Part shown: in pieces, positions 62,832 through 64,000 of the stretch
Layout: each line of letters begins with the position of its first letter
How positions within the stretch are numbered: position 1 is the first letter of the stretch
DNA from: Thermoplasmata archaeon
Lineage (GTDB): Archaea; Thermoplasmatota; Thermoplasmata; Lutacidiplasmatales; UBA184
Direction: 5' to 3'
DNA length: 64,000 nt
NCBI GenBank assembly: GCA_022750435.1
Contig: JAKIVS010000001.1
Span: 102,542-166,541, forward strand
Program-made: the position numbers and the translations under genes
The notes under the pieces: model-generated
Told to the model about the DNA's origin: nothing
Database searches by the model: none
Seen by the model: the letters and a program-made list of their open reading frames with translations, nothing else

Positions 62832-64000
62832 GTGACCGGGGCCCTTTCGAGCGACCGTCGCCCGCTCTCGGAGCGGCTCCGCCCCGAACGGCTCTCCGAC
62901 GTCGTCGGCAACCCCCGGGTCGTGGCCAAGCTCCTCGCGTGGGGCAAGAACTGGGCCACGAGCACGACTCCGCCGACCCGTCGGGCCGCGATCCTCGCGG
63001 GCCCCCCGGGAGTGGGGAAGACCACCGCGGCCTACGCCGTCGCGCGCGAGTTCGGCTGGACCGTTGTCGAGATGAACGCCTCCGACGCGCGCAACCAGGG
63101 CGCGATCGACCAGGTCGCGGGTCGCGCCTCGATCACCCACACCCTCGGCGACACGGGCCGATTCCGGTCCCAGTCGAGCGGCGGACGCTCCCTCATCCTA
63201 CTCGATGAGGCGGATTCGTTGACCGGGCGCGCGACCGAGGACGCCGGCCGCAAGGCCTCCCCGCTCACTTTCCGGGACTTCCTGCGGGGCCGCTACGGCT
63301 CGGTCGACGCACTCAACCGGGGATGGAAGCTCGGTGAGACCGGTCGTCCCGCGGCGTTCTCCGCCTGGAGCGACCTGCCGACCACCCCCGGGCGCGCGGC
63401 GTTCAACCGGCTCGACGAGGCCCGGGCCGACGTTCAGGATTGGCGCGGGATTGGAAAGCCGACCGACTTGAGTGACCGGGGCGGGCTTGGGGCGATTGCG
63501 CGGCTCGTCCGGGAGACGCGACAGCCGCTCATTCTGACGGTGAACGACGACCGGACCCTGACGCGTTACTCGCCCGTTTTCCGGAGCGGGGTCGAACGGC
63601 TCACGTTCGAGCGGCTGAGCGACCGGGAGATGCTCGCGTTCGTGCAGAAGATCGTCCGGTCGGAGGGGATGACGGTGACCCCGGCCGCGACGCAGGCCAT
63701 CGTCCGACGGAGTCGCGGCGACCTCCGGGCGGCGGTGAACGACCTGGAGGCGATCGCCCCGCTGCCCGCCGGGACGTGGCAGGAGTCGGTGCTGGGCTCG
63801 CGGGATTCTCAGTCCGAGATCGCCGAGTTGGTGGAGGACGTGTTCGCGCATCCGAGGTTCTACAAGAACGTCGAGCTGCGCGGCCGGGTCGACGCCGACC
63901 CGGAGGACCTCCTGCCGTGGTTCGAGGAGAGCGCTTCCCAGTTTGCACGGACCCCCGAGGGTCGGGTGGCGGGCACGGCCGCCATCGCGCGCGCGGAGCG
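62832..64000 (+). CDS. rfcL: Replication factor C large subunit (3' partial, runs off window; absent from the ORF track)
   Basis: Hand translation: LSERLRPERLSDVVGN, Walker A GPPGVGKTT, EMNASDAR, Walker B LILLDEADSL, DRGGLGAI, sensor-1 PLILTVND, SRGDLRAAVNDLE. No stop before 64000. Confidence 0.85.
   Translation, partial: MTGALSSDRRPLSERLRPERLSDVVGNPRVVAKLLAWGKNWATSTTPPTRRAAILAGPPGVGKTTAAYAVAREFGWTVVEMNASDARNQGAIDQVAGRASITHTLGDTGRFRSQSSGGRSLILLDEADSLTGRATEDAGRKASPLTFRDFLRGRYGSVDALNRGWKLGETGRPAAFSAWSDLPTTPGRAAFNRLDEARADVQDWRGIGKPTDLSDRGGLGAIARLVRETRQPLILTVNDDRTLTRYSPVFRSGVERLTFERLSDREMLAFVQKIVRSEGMTVTPAATQAIVRRSRGDLRAAVNDLEAIAPLPAGTWQESVLGSRDSQSEIAELVEDVFAHPRFYKNVELRGRVDADPEDLLPWFEESASQFARTPEGRVAGTAAIARAE

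Noticed and set aside
60800-63025. 741-aa minus-strand ORF, and similar giants at 25798-27444, 45093-47030, 45872-47299, 37557-39155, 39004-40449, 57916-59499 and 22080-23486
   Set aside because: All are Arg/Pro/Gly-rich and overlap recognisable genes (bcp, rad50/AKR, ABCE1, sufB, sufS, mre11 and others) on the other strand or in another frame. No domain signatures.
1-64000. CRISPR arrays, rRNA genes, tandem repeat arrays
   Set aside because: No regularly spaced direct repeats or rRNA-like conserved stretches seen. The only significant long-range repeat is the 21-mer att pair.

Overview
High-GC (about 65-70%) archaeal chromosomal segment. The archaeal call rests on gene content and promoter type: RFC large subunit, Mre11-Rad50, ABCE1/RLI, MptA GTP cyclohydrolase, a box C/D sRNA, and BRE/TATA boxes about 25-30 nt upstream of mostly leaderless starts. 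I cannot assign a lineage without a search. I recognised no rRNA, tRNA or CRISPR array.

Left end (1-3.4 kb): a truncated IS3-family IS with an in-phase A_AAA_AAC -1 frameshift site, a tyrosine integrase, a HisA/HisF-like gene with no canonical start codon, and a canonical box C/D sRNA (3288-3352).

Main finding: a 21-nt perfect direct repeat (3332-3352 and 14805-14825) forms the 3' part of that sRNA. Together with an adjacent second tyrosine integrase, it delimits a putative integrative element of about 11.5 kb. The element carries a HerA/VirD4-like ATPase, small wHTH and nuclease-like ORFs, and two large lower-GC Kelch/PKD surface proteins.

The rest is core genome:
- thrS, a K+-independent-type H+-PPase, a flotillin-like SPFH protein, and mre11-rad50.
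- A dispersed SUF Fe-S system: sufU-ferredoxin-B12 radical SAM; sufD; sufB; sufC-sufS with a divergent Cys-rich regulator; and a DUF59 gene.
- A JAMM protease translationally coupled to a single-polypeptide Ubl(GG)-E1-rhodanese fusion.
- ABCE1 next to a MacB-like ABC exporter, and mptA.
- Several N-glycosylation-sequon-rich surface proteins that share a Cys-pair Ig-like module.
- An open-ended rfcL carrying an insertion of about 80 aa.

Many long Arg/Pro/Gly-rich ORFs antisense to recognised genes are treated as high-GC artefacts. All hand-derived start sites are approximate.
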